Positions 49,245-59,275 are shown, counted from the first letter of the stretch. The stretch is DNA of 64,000 bases from Amylibacter sp. IMCC11727 (GCF_029854195.1 NZ_CP122960.1:510984-574983); one strand, 5' to 3'. Numbers and translations are program-made. Notes: generated from the letters alone by a model not told the origin.

Positions 49245-49522
49245 TGCGTCTCTCCTGACATAAATTGTCCCGTTGGTGGGACAGGTTAGAATCTCGTCCT
49301 TCGCGTCTACAAAAATCTGGGGGGCGTGAATAGAGTTAAATCGACGCGGGATAGCGCTATGACGTCAAGTTATGGGGGTTTTTCTGGTTGGAATGGGTTT
49401 TTGAGAGAAATGTAACTTGTGTTGGCGGTTGGGGATGGTTTTTGGGATTCGCTGAAGGTGGGGCAAGGTGATGGCGTGGCTGTTCACAGGGGGGCGAAGT
49501 TGGGACAGTGGCGCGTTTCACC

Positions 49523-50233
49523 TTAGATCAATCGGAGGATCGCATTTGCTTTGCTCGAGAGTTCAGCGTCGTCTGAATGTTGTGCGGCATATTCTGTGAT
49601 GTGGTTACGAAGCTGGTTGCTGTGATACCACTCCATGACCTGCTTCGCTTGCATGGTTTTTTCATCCCAAAACGCGGTGCGCCAGATTGAAGGTTTTCCC
49701 CATCTGACCCAATCTTTGTGGAGTATCTCGATAAGATCTCGTGGGTTCCAGCCCAAAAGTCTATCGGTCAGAGATGTTGGGTCAAATCCTGCATTCACAA
49801 ACATACATAATACATCGTCCAGCATTCGCCCTTTGTCGTTGATTAAGCTATCAAGATAAGCGCATTTGAAATCTTCGAGAGTAGCATTTTGTGTCTTGGA
49901 CCAACGATCCGTAAGTCCTGCGCCCAATCGCTCCAAAACGACTTCTTCTCCGACAGTTGCTGGGTCTTTGCCTTCGGCAAGTAGTTCCAAAACCCGAGGC
50001 ATTACAAACTCGGAAATACCTTTATGCGCTACAACACCACCCGCCGCAGTAACTGCAGCGAAATACCAGTCAGATATGTAGTTTGCTCGAAGATCGCGGG
50101 GATTGTGGTTGAGAAAATCATCCTCAATCCACTCTTCCATACAGCAACGATGGCAGACGCCAAGGTCTTCTGGCGGGAGACATTTGAACGCTACGTAAGC
50201 CGCCTCGACTGTTCGAGCAAGTTCGGGCGTCAT
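49523..50233 (-). CDS. Hypothetical protein, low GC, N-terminal Cys cluster (CLPPEDLGVCHRCC)
   Basis: ATGA start/stop overlap with the upstream PduO-type gene. GC is visibly lower than in flanking genes. No family recognised. Confidence 0.5.
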   Translation of the reverse strand: MTPELARTVEAAYVAFKCLPPEDLGVCHRCCMEEWIEDDFLNHNPRDLRANYISDWYFAAVTAAGGVVAHKGISEFVMPRVLELLAEGKDPATVGEEVVLERLGAGLTDRWSKTQNATLEDFKCAYLDSLINDKGRMLDDVLCMFVNAGFDPTSLTDRLLGWNPRDLIEILHKDWVRWGKPSIWRTAFWDEKTMQAKQVMEWYHSNQLRNHITEYAAQHSDDAELSSKANAILRLI

Positions 50234-50802
50234 CTGTTCGCGCCTGGAACCCACAAGATATCGTCTGCGCCGTTGTTGTTGGCGACGCGGCCTGCGACGA
50301 AGAACCAATCTGACAGGCGGTTGAGGTATTTTACGGCGGCGGGGTTTACGGATTCGAGGGTGGAGAGTTCCACTGCGAGGCGTTCGGCGCGGCGTGATAC
50401 GGTGCGGCAGACGTGAAGGTGTGCCGCGAGTGGGGCGCCGCCTGGCAGAATAAAGCTGCGCAGGGGGGAAAGATCGGCGTTCATGGCGTCAATTTCGCTT
50501 TCGAGCCGTTCTACCTGAGCATCGTTCACACGCAGGGGCGGGTATTCGGCGTTGGCGTCCTCTTCCATATTGGGGCGGCAGAAATCAGCGCCCAGATCAA
50601 ACAGGTCGTTTTGAATGCGGGACAGTGCATCCGCCATATCGCCGTTTGCGTGCAGGCGGGCCATGCCAACGGTGGCGTTGGTTTCATCCACTGTGCCATA
50701 GGCTGTCACACGGGCAGAGTGTTTTGCCACGCGGTCCCCATTGCCAAGAGCCGTATCGCCAGCATCTCCTGTGCGGGTGTAGATTTTGTTGAGTACGACC
50801 AT
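50230..50802 (-). CDS. ATP:cob(I)alamin adenosyltransferase, PduO/MMAB type
   Basis: IYTRTGDAGDTALGNGDRVAKHSARVTAYGTVDE N-terminal signature. Confidence 0.8.
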   Translation of the reverse strand: MVVLNKIYTRTGDAGDTALGNGDRVAKHSARVTAYGTVDETNATVGMARLHANGDMADALSRIQNDLFDLGADFCRPNMEEDANAEYPPLRVNDAQVERLESEIDAMNADLSPLRSFILPGGAPLAAHLHVCRTVSRRAERLAVELSTLESVNPAAVKYLNRLSDWFFVAGRVANNNGADDILWVPGANR

Positions 50803-50803
50803 G

Positions 50804-51004
50804 TTATCCTCCTGCGCCGCGCAGAGCGACAAAAATCAAGATCAACGCAATGGCGACGGCTTGGCCGATAATCCGATAGCGCATCAGTTTATTGGCATAT
50901 TTCTTGTTGAACTCGCCCCCCGTTGTAAATGCGCCAAGGCCGATCATAAGAACGACCAAAACCGCAAGGATCGCGAAAATAACTAGGTAATAGAGTGCGC
51001 TCAT
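50804..51004 (-). CDS. Twin-transmembrane-helix small protein
   Basis: 66 aa with two TM helices separated by a GGEFNKKYANKLMRYR loop. Confidence 0.55.
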   Translation of the reverse strand: MSALYYLVIFAILAVLVVLMIGLGAFTTGGEFNKKYANKLMRYRIIGQAVAIALILIFVALRGAGG

Positions 51005-51064
51005 CAGGAACCGCCTTTCGTTTCCCCTGACATAAGTGTGTTGTCAAAAAGGGCCAGCATTTTC

Positions 51065-51895
51065 TTAGAAACGGACAAAAATTGCGTCAGACCAGCGGGT
51101 GGGCAACAACCGCCGCAGGGTGCTGGTGAGGCGCGTTGGCCATGTCACGAAATAGCGTGGGTTTGGGTTTGGGGATTCGATGGCTTTGATGAGGGCGGCG
51201 GTCACGGCCTCTGGTCCGAGTTCGCCGGGGTCTTTTTTGGTACCGACCTTTTTCAATTTATCAAGCAGGGTCGATTCATAGTGATCGCGCAAAAGGGAGT
51301 TTTCCCAATCGACCCATTTATCAAACTGGATGATCGCGTTTTTGCGGAAATCGGTTTTGATGGGGCCGGGTTCAATCAGGATTGGTTTGATGTCTGTGCC
51401 ACGTAGTTCCAGACGCAGGGTATCTGTCATGGCTTCGAGCGCGAATTTGGTGGCGTTGTAAGAGCCACGATAGCGCAGGGCGGTCATGCCCAGCAGGGAA
51501 GAGCATTGCACGATGCGGCCGTGGCCCTGTTCGCGGAATGTGGGCATGAGTTGGTTGATCAGATCGAAGTAGCCGAAAAAGTTGGCTTCAAAAATCGTGC
51601 GCAGGGCATCACGGCTGAGGTCTTCGACGGGGCCAGGAATGGCGTAAGCACCGTTGTTGAACAAGGCATCAAGCGTGCCGCCCGTGGCATCCAAGGTGGT
51701 TTTGACAGCGGCTTTGATGCTGGCTTCGTCTTCGTAATCGAGCACGAAACTGGTCAGGCCTTCGGCGGTTAGTCTGTCGCAGTCTTTTTGCTGGCGGCAG
51801 GTGGCGAACACGCGCCAGCCGCGTTTTTGCAGTGTGTGTGCTGCGTCATAGCCGATGCCAGTGGAACAGCCCGTCAAAAGAATAGATTTCGCCAT
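51065..51895 (-). CDS. SDR-family oxidoreductase
   Basis: TGCSTGIG Rossmann motif. Confidence 0.8.
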   Translation of the reverse strand: MAKSILLTGCSTGIGYDAAHTLQKRGWRVFATCRQQKDCDRLTAEGLTSFVLDYEDEASIKAAVKTTLDATGGTLDALFNNGAYAIPGPVEDLSRDALRTIFEANFFGYFDLINQLMPTFREQGHGRIVQCSSLLGMTALRYRGSYNATKFALEAMTDTLRLELRGTDIKPILIEPGPIKTDFRKNAIIQFDKWVDWENSLLRDHYESTLLDKLKKVGTKKDPGELGPEAVTAALIKAIESPNPNPRYFVTWPTRLTSTLRRLLPTRWSDAIFVRF

Positions 51896-51973
51896 AAGAA
51901 AACGCCCCGAATTGATTGACCCTTGAGGGACAGCAATTCGCGGCGTTTTGCAAGTGTTGATTGGGTGTTTTGC

Positions 51974-52459
51974 TTATTCTGCTTCGTCTGCTGGCAGCGC
52001 GTTCAATTGCCCAAAGTTCTGTTCGCCAATGCGATCATGCAGTTCAAGTTGTGTTTCGAGGAAGTCGATATGGCCTTCTTCGTCTGTGATCAGGCTTTCA
52101 AACAGGTTTTTAGACACATAATCGCCAACCTTGTCGCAGTGATTGCGGGCTTCGATGTATAGGGTGCGGGCATCGTGTTCCCCCGCCAAGTCACATTCCA
52201 TAGATTCGCGCACGTTTTCACCGATGCGCAGGGGATCGAGGTGTTGCAGGTTTGGATGACCCCCCAGAAAGATGATACGATCAATCAGGGTGTCGGCGTG
52301 GTTCATTTCTTCGATGGATTCTTCGCGGGATTTCTTCGCCAGACGACCATAGCCCCAATCTTGTTGAAGACGGTAATGCAGCCAATATTGGCTGACGGCG
52401 GTGAGTTCAGACCGAAGGGCCTTGTTCAAATATTCAATGACTTTTGCGTCGCCCTTCAT
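51974..52459 (-). CDS. bfr: Bacterioferritin
   Basis: [31 protein letters not shown]-terminus and ferroxidase residues. Confidence 0.85.
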   Translation of the reverse strand: MKGDAKVIEYLNKALRSELTAVSQYWLHYRLQQDWGYGRLAKKSREESIEEMNHADTLIDRIIFLGGHPNLQHLDPLRIGENVRESMECDLAGEHDARTLYIEARNHCDKVGDYVSKNLFESLITDEEGHIDFLETQLELHDRIGEQNFGQLNALPADEAE

Positions 52460-52500
52460 GGGTGCTTGCTCCTTATTTTTGCTAGCATTTAAATCGAAAA

Positions 52501-52740
52501 TCACGCGGTTTTATTGAGATCAGCGCGTAAATTACACAATTCACGTGGAACACTAAGACTAGGGTTTGACCGCATATTAGCAACAAAAAGTTTCACGCAG
52601 CCGCCGCATGTCGGCTTTTTGCCGAGGGCGCGATAAATGCGTCCTGGGGTGATGACGACGTGCTCGTCCGAGGCGCGCATCCAGTCGATGGCGTTGTGGA
52701 TGTCGCGGTCGGTTACGTGGGCGCAGCTGCAAATAATCAT
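52501..52740 (-). CDS. bfd: Bacterioferritin-associated ferredoxin
   Basis: CxC...CGGC 2Fe-2S-type Cys pattern (MIICSCAHV...TCGGCV). It lies directly upstream of bfr. Confidence 0.7.
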   Translation of the reverse strand: MIICSCAHVTDRDIHNAIDWMRASDEHVVITPGRIYRALGKKPTCGGCVKLFVANMRSNPSLSVPRELCNLRADLNKTA

Positions 52741-52798
52741 TTGAGTCGGTCTTCGTGTTGGCGTTGACCAATTAGTTGAGTATTTTACTCAGTATGTC

Positions 52799-52823
52799 AA
52801 TTCCGATTATTTTAGTCGGAATT
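52799..52823. promoter_or_regulatory. Perfect 8-bp inverted repeat with 9-bp spacer (aattccga-ttattttag-tcggaatt) upstream of bfd-bfr
   Basis: Read directly from the sequence. It sits in the AT-rich promoter region of an iron-storage operon and is a candidate iron-responsive operator. Confidence 0.4.
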
Positions 52824-52888
52824 TTGCTACAGCGTTTGAGCACCCCAAAAGTGCGTAGTCGCGTGGTGATTGTTAACAGGTCTGCGTT

Positions 52889-53419
52889 TTAGGACTGTTG
52901 GGTTAGAAAATCAGAGTGCATCCAAACGGATTGGCCTGTTTCTTCGACAATCACTTCGGCCCAGTCCCCATCAGAGTTGCCTGTTGGGACAACTTCGGTT
53001 CCACGGCGCAGTTTTGCCAGAACTTGAGATTGCGTTGTGGGTTCAGAGCGGGCGTTCACGATTTTGCCCGCGACGATCATTCGTGCGGTTTCGGGTTTCT
53101 CGATCACCGGTGTTTTGGTCAGTTTTACTGTGCGGATCAGAGTGCTGGCGGCCAAACGTTGCGCGGTGAAACGGGATTTGATCGCGTCTTTCTCGGCCTT
53201 GGTCAGGGCGTTGATATGGGCGGTTTTGACGGGTTGTTGCGGATCGTCAATGAGGACCTTTGCAACGGCTGGTGTGACAGCAACGGTTTGAACCTGTGCT
53301 GCGGCAACAGGTTCGGAACGCACCACAGATGAGCCTGCGTTTGCGCCAAACCCATCGGTTTGGACATAGATGATGCCACCGAGCAGAAATAGGATAGTGA
53401 AATTTAAAATACGTGACAT
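52889..53419 (-). CDS. SH3-domain protein with N-terminal membrane anchor
   Basis: TM segment ILNFTILFLLGGIIYV and a C-terminal bacterial SH3-like region. Confidence 0.55.
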   Translation of the reverse strand: MSRILNFTILFLLGGIIYVQTDGFGANAGSSVVRSEPVAAAQVQTVAVTPAVAKVLIDDPQQPVKTAHINALTKAEKDAIKSRFTAQRLAASTLIRTVKLTKTPVIEKPETARMIVAGKIVNARSEPTTQSQVLAKLRRGTEVVPTGNSDGDWAEVIVEETGQSVWMHSDFLTQQS

Positions 53420-53590
53420 GTGACCCCCCACATTTTGCGGCGCGATGATCTGCGCCAACCCCCAAGTTGACGGGTAGGTAAGCATGGAATCCTGTTGTTC
53501 AATGGGGGGAGGGAGATTCTTTTGCAGAAAATTCTACCGCATCCAACTGTGCCCTAGACGGCCCTAATATGCTCGGTTATCACACGATCT

Positions 53591-55912
53591 ATGGCAGATC
53601 AGATAGAAGACCCCAATTTGAGCGATGATGGTGGCATGACCACTGTTGAAACCCTGCGCCGTGCGATTGGCGATAGGTATCTGACCTATGCGTTAAGCAC
53701 AATTATGCACCGTGCCTTGCCTGATGCGCGGGATGGGTTGAAGCCCGTGCATCGGCGGATTCTATATGCAATGAACCGCCTGAAGCTGGCATCGAACGGG
53801 AAGTACCTAAAATCCGCCAAAATCAGCGGCGACACGATGGGGGATTTCCACCCCCACGGGGACGCGGCGATTTACGATGCGATGGCGCGTTTGGCGCAGG
53901 ATTTCAACGTGCGCTATCCAATGGTGGATGGGCAGGGGAATTTCGGCAACATCGACGGGGATAACCCTGCGGCGGCACGATATACCGAAGCGCGCATGAC
54001 AGGCATTGCCGAAGCGATGCTGGAGGGTTTGGAAGAAGACTCGGTCGATTTTCGCGATAACTATGACGGGCGTTTGACGGAGCCTGCGGTTTTGCCCGCA
54101 AGCATTCCGAACCTGTTGGCAAACGGGTCCACGGGGATTGCGGTGGGGATGGCGACGAACATTCCGCCCCACAACATTGATGAGTTGTGTTCTGCCGCGA
54201 TTAAGCTAGTGAAGAACCCCAACACCAAAATCGAAAAGCTGATGCAGTTTGTGCCAGGGCCGGATTTCCCGACCGGTGGCATTTTGGTGGAGCCGCAGGA
54301 AAATATCTTGCAGGCCTATTCCACGGGGCGTGGATCATTTCGGGTGCGGGCCAAGTGGGAATTGGAAGAGCTGGGCCGCGGGCAGTGGCAGATTGTGGTT
54401 ACGGAAATTCCGTATCAGGTGGCCAAATCCAAGCTGATCGAAAAGATTGCCGAACTAATCAATGCGAAGAAAATTCCGATTTTGGCGGATGTGCGAGATG
54501 AAAGTGCGGATGATATTCGCCTTGTGTTGGAACCCCGTGCCAAGACGGTTGATCCAACGGTTTTGATGGAAACACTGTTCCGTCAATCCGATCTGGAAAC
54601 GCGGTTTAGTTTGAACATGAACGTGTTGATTGACGGGCGCACGCCGAAGGTGTGTTCGTTGCGTGAAGTGTTGAAAGCGTTTGTGGATCATCGCCGTGAA
54701 GTATTGCAGCGCCGTTCGCAGTATCGCGTTGATAAGATCGAGCGACGGTTGGAGGTTTTGGAGGGCTTTATCCTTGCGTTCCTGAACCTTGATCGTGTGA
54801 TTGATGTGATCCGTTACGACGAAGACCCCAAAGAGGCGTTGTTGCGTGAGGATTGGTCGCTGGATCATCCCAAAGCCACATCGGAGGCGGATTATCGGTC
54901 GCCGTCTGATGTAATTGCGGCGGGTGCAGAGCAATTGACCGAAGTGCAAACCGAAGCGATTTTGAACATGCGATTGCGGTCTTTGCGCAAGCTGGAAGAG
55001 GTCGAGCTGCGCAATGAACGGGATGCGCTGTGGGCTGAGCTGGATGAATTGGAGACGCTGCTGGGGTCCGAAGATTTGCAGTGGCAGCGCATCATCGGCG
55101 AGTTGAAAGAAACCCGCGCGAAATTTGGTAAGAAATCCGTCGGCGGTGAGCGGCGCACAGAATTGGCCGAAGCGCCCGAATTTGAAGAGGTGCCGCTGGA
55201 GGCGATGATCGAGCGCGAGCCGATTACGGTTGTGTGTTCGGCCATGGGCTGGATTCGTGCCATGAAGGGGCACATTGATCTGAGCCAAGAGTTGAAGTTC
55301 AAGGATGGAGATGGGCCACGGTTCATTTTCCATGCGGAGACCACGGATAAGCTGTTGTTGATGGGGGCAAACGGGCGGTTTTACACGCTTGGGTGTTCCA
55401 CATTGCCCGGTGGGCGGGGTATGGGGGAACCTGTGCGCCTGATCGTCGATTTGCCCAATGAAGCGGAAATGGTCGCGATGTTCTTGCACAAACCAGGGCG
55501 CAAGTTGCTGGTTGCAAGCTCGGCTGGTGATGGGTTTGTTGTGGCTGAAGATGACGTGATTGCGCAGACGCGAACGGGCAAACAGGTGCTGAACGTGAAG
55601 GGGGATGTGAAAGCCTCCATCTGCACCCCAGTTGCGGGGGATCACGTGGCCTGTGTGGGTGAAAACCGCAAAGTGCTGGTGTTCCCAATCGAAGAACTAC
55701 CTGAAATGGGACGCGGCAAAGGCGTTCGGCTGCAAAAATACAAAGATGGTGGGTTGAACGATGCCACCACATTTGTGCGGGCCGAGGGACTGAGTTGGTT
55801 GGACCCAGCGGGGCGGACGCGCACAGAAACAGAGCTGGACGAATGGACCGGTAAACGGGCCAGTGCGGGGCGTATGGCACCGCGTGGGTTCCCCAGAGAT
55901 AATAAGTTTTGA
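53591..55912 (+). CDS. parC: DNA topoisomerase IV subunit A
   Basis: GyrA/ParC N-terminal DNA-breakage domain (DGLKPVHRRILYAM, catalytic Tyr region), about 773 aa, with no GyrA-box. Confidence 0.85.
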   Translation: MADQIEDPNLSDDGGMTTVETLRRAIGDRYLTYALSTIMHRALPDARDGLKPVHRRILYAMNRLKLASNGKYLKSAKISGDTMGDFHPHGDAAIYDAMARLAQDFNVRYPMVDGQGNFGNIDGDNPAAARYTEARMTGIAEAMLEGLEEDSVDFRDNYDGRLTEPAVLPASIPNLLANGSTGIAVGMATNIPPHNIDELCSAAIKLVKNPNTKIEKLMQFVPGPDFPTGGILVEPQENILQAYSTGRGSFRVRAKWELEELGRGQWQIVVTEIPYQVAKSKLIEKIAELINAKKIPILADVRDESADDIRLVLEPRAKTVDPTVLMETLFRQSDLETRFSLNMNVLIDGRTPKVCSLREVLKAFVDHRREVLQRRSQYRVDKIERRLEVLEGFILAFLNLDRVIDVIRYDEDPKEALLREDWSLDHPKATSEADYRSPSDVIAAGAEQLTEVQTEAILNMRLRSLRKLEEVELRNERDALWAELDELETLLGSEDLQWQRIIGELKETRAKFGKKSVGGERRTELAEAPEFEEVPLEAMIEREPITVVCSAMGWIRAMKGHIDLSQELKFKDGDGPRFIFHAETTDKLLLMGANGRFYTLGCSTLPGGRGMGEPVRLIVDLPNEAEMVAMFLHKPGRKLLVASSAGDGFVVAEDDVIAQTRTGKQVLNVKGDVKASICTPVAGDHVACVGENRKVLVFPIEELPEMGRGKGVRLQKYKDGGLNDATTFVRAEGLSWLDPAGRTRTETELDEWTGKRASAGRMAPRGFPRDNKF

Positions 55913-55974
55913 TATTTTAGAGCTTTGGGCGCATGATCGCGCCCAATAAAAAAGAATAATATTGAGGGCAGATC

Positions 55975-57267
55975 ATGAGCAGTGATTTTTCCAACGACCC
56001 GTTTGCGCGATTGCGCCAATCAGATACGCGTGTGGCAGCGCCATCGAGCCCGCCGATGGAGCTGGAGTATCGGGGGGAGCAGGGGCCGCTGTTTTGGTTG
56101 GCGTTGAAGACGGCGTTGCTGACGTTGGTCACGCTGGGATTTTATCGGTTCTGGGCCAAGACGCGCATTCGCAAATATTTCTGGTCGGCCACGGCGCCCG
56201 GTGGGGACCCGATGGAATACACAGGCAATGGGTTGGAAAAGCTATTGGGCTTTTTGATTGCGGTGGCGTTTTTGGCAATTTATCTGGGCTTGTTTCAAGT
56301 GTTGTTGTCGTTTGTGGGCATGTCCGTTTTGTCAGGTGGGGATGGCCCTGAGGCTCGCGCGATGCAAGTTCTGTTGGGGCAGGCCACATTGTTGGCGGTG
56401 ATCCCGTTCATCTTTTACGCGCAGTACCGCGCACGGCGATATATCTTGTCGCGTACCCGTTGGCGCGGGGTTCGGTTTGGCGTGGATGCGGCCGCATGGG
56501 GATATGTGTGGCGGGCGATAGTGCATTCGATCATCACCATTCTGTCGTTGGGATTGTTGCTGCCGCGCCAGACGTTTTGGCTCGAAAAGTATAAGATTGA
56601 TCGCACGTGGTATGGCAACACAAAGTTCGTTCAAGGGGGCAAGTGGACAAACCTGTATCCCGCCATGAAACACTATTTCATTGCGGCGGCATTGATTGTG
56701 GGCCCTGGGCTGTTGGTGGTGCTGCAAGACCAATTTGTGTGGCTGTTCTTTACCTTTATCGGGGCGGCGTGGTTTTATTATGCTTTTGCCTATTATCGGG
56801 TTGAGAGCTTTCGCATTCTTGGGGATCAGAAACGGTTGGGTGATCGGGTGGGATTTATCACCGCCCCGCGCGCGGCCAAGGTGTTTTGGACCTATGTTTT
56901 GGGGGCGTTGCTGGCGTCTACTTGTGCGGGTCTGGTGTTTTCTGCGTTTTCGCTGGTTGCGTCGAATTTCATGGGTTTGACCACGCTTGATCTGTTGGCG
57001 CTGGGGGATCAGTTGTTTGATCCCAACAACCTGAGCGTGGCGTTTTTTTTCGGGGCGGCTTTGTTTGTGATCGGCTATATTGCGATGCTGCTGAGTTATG
57101 GTGTGTTTGGCATCATTTTTGTCAGCCAGCCCGTTTTGGAACACTATGTGGTGGAAACCAAAATTCTGAATTCCGATGCGCTTGATGATATTCAGCAACG
57201 TTCGCGCGATGAAATGGTTGAGGCCGAAGGCTTTGCTGATGCGCTCGATGTTGGGGCCGCGATTTAA
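55975..57267 (+). CDS. YjgN/DUF898-family membrane protein
   Basis: Polytopic membrane protein with the characteristic DUF898 repeat architecture. Confidence 0.7.
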   Translation: MSSDFSNDPFARLRQSDTRVAAPSSPPMELEYRGEQGPLFWLALKTALLTLVTLGFYRFWAKTRIRKYFWSATAPGGDPMEYTGNGLEKLLGFLIAVAFLAIYLGLFQVLLSFVGMSVLSGGDGPEARAMQVLLGQATLLAVIPFIFYAQYRARRYILSRTRWRGVRFGVDAAAWGYVWRAIVHSIITILSLGLLLPRQTFWLEKYKIDRTWYGNTKFVQGGKWTNLYPAMKHYFIAAALIVGPGLLVVLQDQFVWLFFTFIGAAWFYYAFAYYRVESFRILGDQKRLGDRVGFITAPRAAKVFWTYVLGALLASTCAGLVFSAFSLVASNFMGLTTLDLLALGDQLFDPNNLSVAFFFGAALFVIGYIAMLLSYGVFGIIFVSQPVLEHYVVETKILNSDALDDIQQRSRDEMVEAEGFADALDVGAAI

Positions 57268-57274
57268 GGAGAGT

Positions 57275-58396
57275 ATGATGCTGCAATCCGCACCCGCAGA
57301 GGGCAAGTATTTCGATGGGAAATCCGCGCGGCAGTTGCCTGTTGGGGTGTTTGCCGATCAACGGCATGGCAGCCAAGTTCTGGTGATCCAACCGGTGAAT
57401 GCCGCCGAGATTATCTGGCCGTTGGACGAATTGCGCGAGGTGCGCGAACAGGCGCGGGGCGAAGGTATTGTTCTGAAGCTGGGGCAAGAGGGTATCGCGC
57501 GGTTGATTTTGGTGCATGACGAGGCCGCAGAATTTGTGCGTGCCGCTGCGCCGAATTTGGGCAAGGTGCGGGTGCAGAAATCCAAGTTGCGGCAATTGGC
57601 GGTTTGGTCCGGGGGGGCCGTGGCATCGGTTTTGCTGATTATGTTCGTGATCTTGCCTGCCTTATCAAACCAATTGGCTACCATGATCCCTGTGGAACGT
57701 GAGGCGGCCATTGGCCAAGCGGCGATGACGCAAATTCATACGTTTCTGGGGGGCAGCGAAGAGAAAGATTTGACCTGTCGCAATCCTGACGGGCTGCGCG
57801 CGTTGCAAAAGATGACAAGGCGGATCGTGGGAGACACCGAGATCCCGTATGATTTGCAGGTCAAAGTGTACAAACACAAGATGATCAACGCTTTCGCCGT
57901 GCCAGGGGGCAATGTGGTGTTGTTTGAAGGATTGTTAGATGCGGCCCGATCCCCTGAAGAGGTGGCAGGTGTGCTGGGTCATGAAGTGGGCCATGTGGTG
58001 AACCGTGATCCCATGCGTTTGACCCTGCGGTCTGCAGGATCGGTGGGTATTTTGGGCATGGTGTTTGGCGATTTTGCGGGCGGGTTTATGGCGCTGGCGC
58101 TGACGGAACGGTTGATTTCGGCGCAATATGCACAGGATGCGGAATCTGGTGCAGATGAGTTTGCCCATGAATTGTTGGCGGATGCTGGATTGCCAGCCGC
58201 GTCATTCGCAGAGTTTTTCGTAACCTTGAAGGACAAGCACGGAGATCAGAAAGGGTTGATGTCCCATTTGGCATCGCACCCCAATCTGGACGGCCGTGCC
58301 GCCGCTGCGGTGGCCGCAGATGTGATTGGGGATGCGGAATATGAGCCGGTTTTGACCCCTTTGGAATGGCGCGCGTTGCAAAAAATCTGCGACTAG
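57275..58396 (+). CDS. M48-family zinc metallopeptidase
   Basis: HEVGHV HExxH motif. The start lies 8 nt after the DUF898 stop and is preceded by ggagag. Confidence 0.8.
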   Translation: MMLQSAPAEGKYFDGKSARQLPVGVFADQRHGSQVLVIQPVNAAEIIWPLDELREVREQARGEGIVLKLGQEGIARLILVHDEAAEFVRAAAPNLGKVRVQKSKLRQLAVWSGGAVASVLLIMFVILPALSNQLATMIPVEREAAIGQAAMTQIHTFLGGSEEKDLTCRNPDGLRALQKMTRRIVGDTEIPYDLQVKVYKHKMINAFAVPGGNVVLFEGLLDAARSPEEVAGVLGHEVGHVVNRDPMRLTLRSAGSVGILGMVFGDFAGGFMALALTERLISAQYAQDAESGADEFAHELLADAGLPAASFAEFFVTLKDKHGDQKGLMSHLASHPNLDGRAAAAVAADVIGDAEYEPVLTPLEWRALQKICD

Positions 58397-58448
58397 GGTT
58401 GTCGTTTTTAAGGTAGCGGGCAGGGAAACTTGGACGCAGGTTTGAGGG

Positions 58449-59231
58449 ATGAAAGATATCCTAGACCTGTCCCGTTTCCCGATTGATCAAACTGGATCTG
58501 CCCCGTGGCATGATTTGGTTGCCCGATGTCGCGCTGATTTGGCCGCAGAAGGCATGTTCAACCTTGATGGTTTGTTGCGCCGCGAGGTTGCCGAAAAGAC
58601 CGCAGCAGATTTGATGCCAAAGTTTGATAGCGAGAGTTTTTCGCATGTGCGGCAGCACAATATTTATTTCAAGAAGTCCATCCCAGAGCTGGACGATGAT
58701 CATCCTGCATTGGTGATGCGTGAAACGTCAAACCGAACGCTGTGTGCCGATCAACTGGGGCAGGGGGCGTTGATGCGGTTATATGAATGGGAGCCGTTCA
58801 TCGTGTTTTTGGCGGCCTGCATGGAAAAGCCCGTGTTGCACACGATGGGTGATCCCTTGGCGCGTGTGAATGTGATGGCGTATACTGATGGGCAGGCGTT
58901 GAATTGGCATTTTGACCGATCCGAGTTCACAACCACATTGTTATTGCAAGCGCCCGATCAGGGCGGCGCGTTTGAGTATTGTTCCGATTTGCGCCGTGAT
59001 GATGATCCGAATTATGACGGCGTGGCCAGATTACTGCGGGGTGCGGAACCGACCAAACAGATTGATCTGTCCGCAGGGACGTTGAATGTGTTTGCGGGTA
59101 AAAACACGGCCCACCGTGTGACCCCTGTGATCGGGAATACGCCCCGTATGATCGCGGTGTTTTCGTATTACGAAACCCCTGATGTGATGTTTTCCGAGGA
59201 AGAGCGCCTTGGGTTTTATGGGCGGGTTTAG
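58449..59231 (+). CDS. 2OG-Fe(II) oxygenase-like protein
   Basis: HFD...(about 70 aa)...AHRV facial-triad-like spacing. Confidence 0.5.
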   Translation: MKDILDLSRFPIDQTGSAPWHDLVARCRADLAAEGMFNLDGLLRREVAEKTAADLMPKFDSESFSHVRQHNIYFKKSIPELDDDHPALVMRETSNRTLCADQLGQGALMRLYEWEPFIVFLAACMEKPVLHTMGDPLARVNVMAYTDGQALNWHFDRSEFTTTLLLQAPDQGGAFEYCSDLRRDDDPNYDGVARLLRGAEPTKQIDLSAGTLNVFAGKNTAHRVTPVIGNTPRMIAVFSYYETPDVMFSEEERLGFYGRV

Positions 59232-59275
59232 CCGCTGCATGTGCAGCAGATCGCGTAAAAAACCAGTGTGGGCGT

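Noticed and set aside
54455-55645. 396-aa minus-strand ORF
   Set aside because: Antisense to parC.
56332-57306. 324-aa minus-strand ORF
   Set aside because: Antisense to the DUF898 gene. The product is R/Q/H-rich and low complexity.
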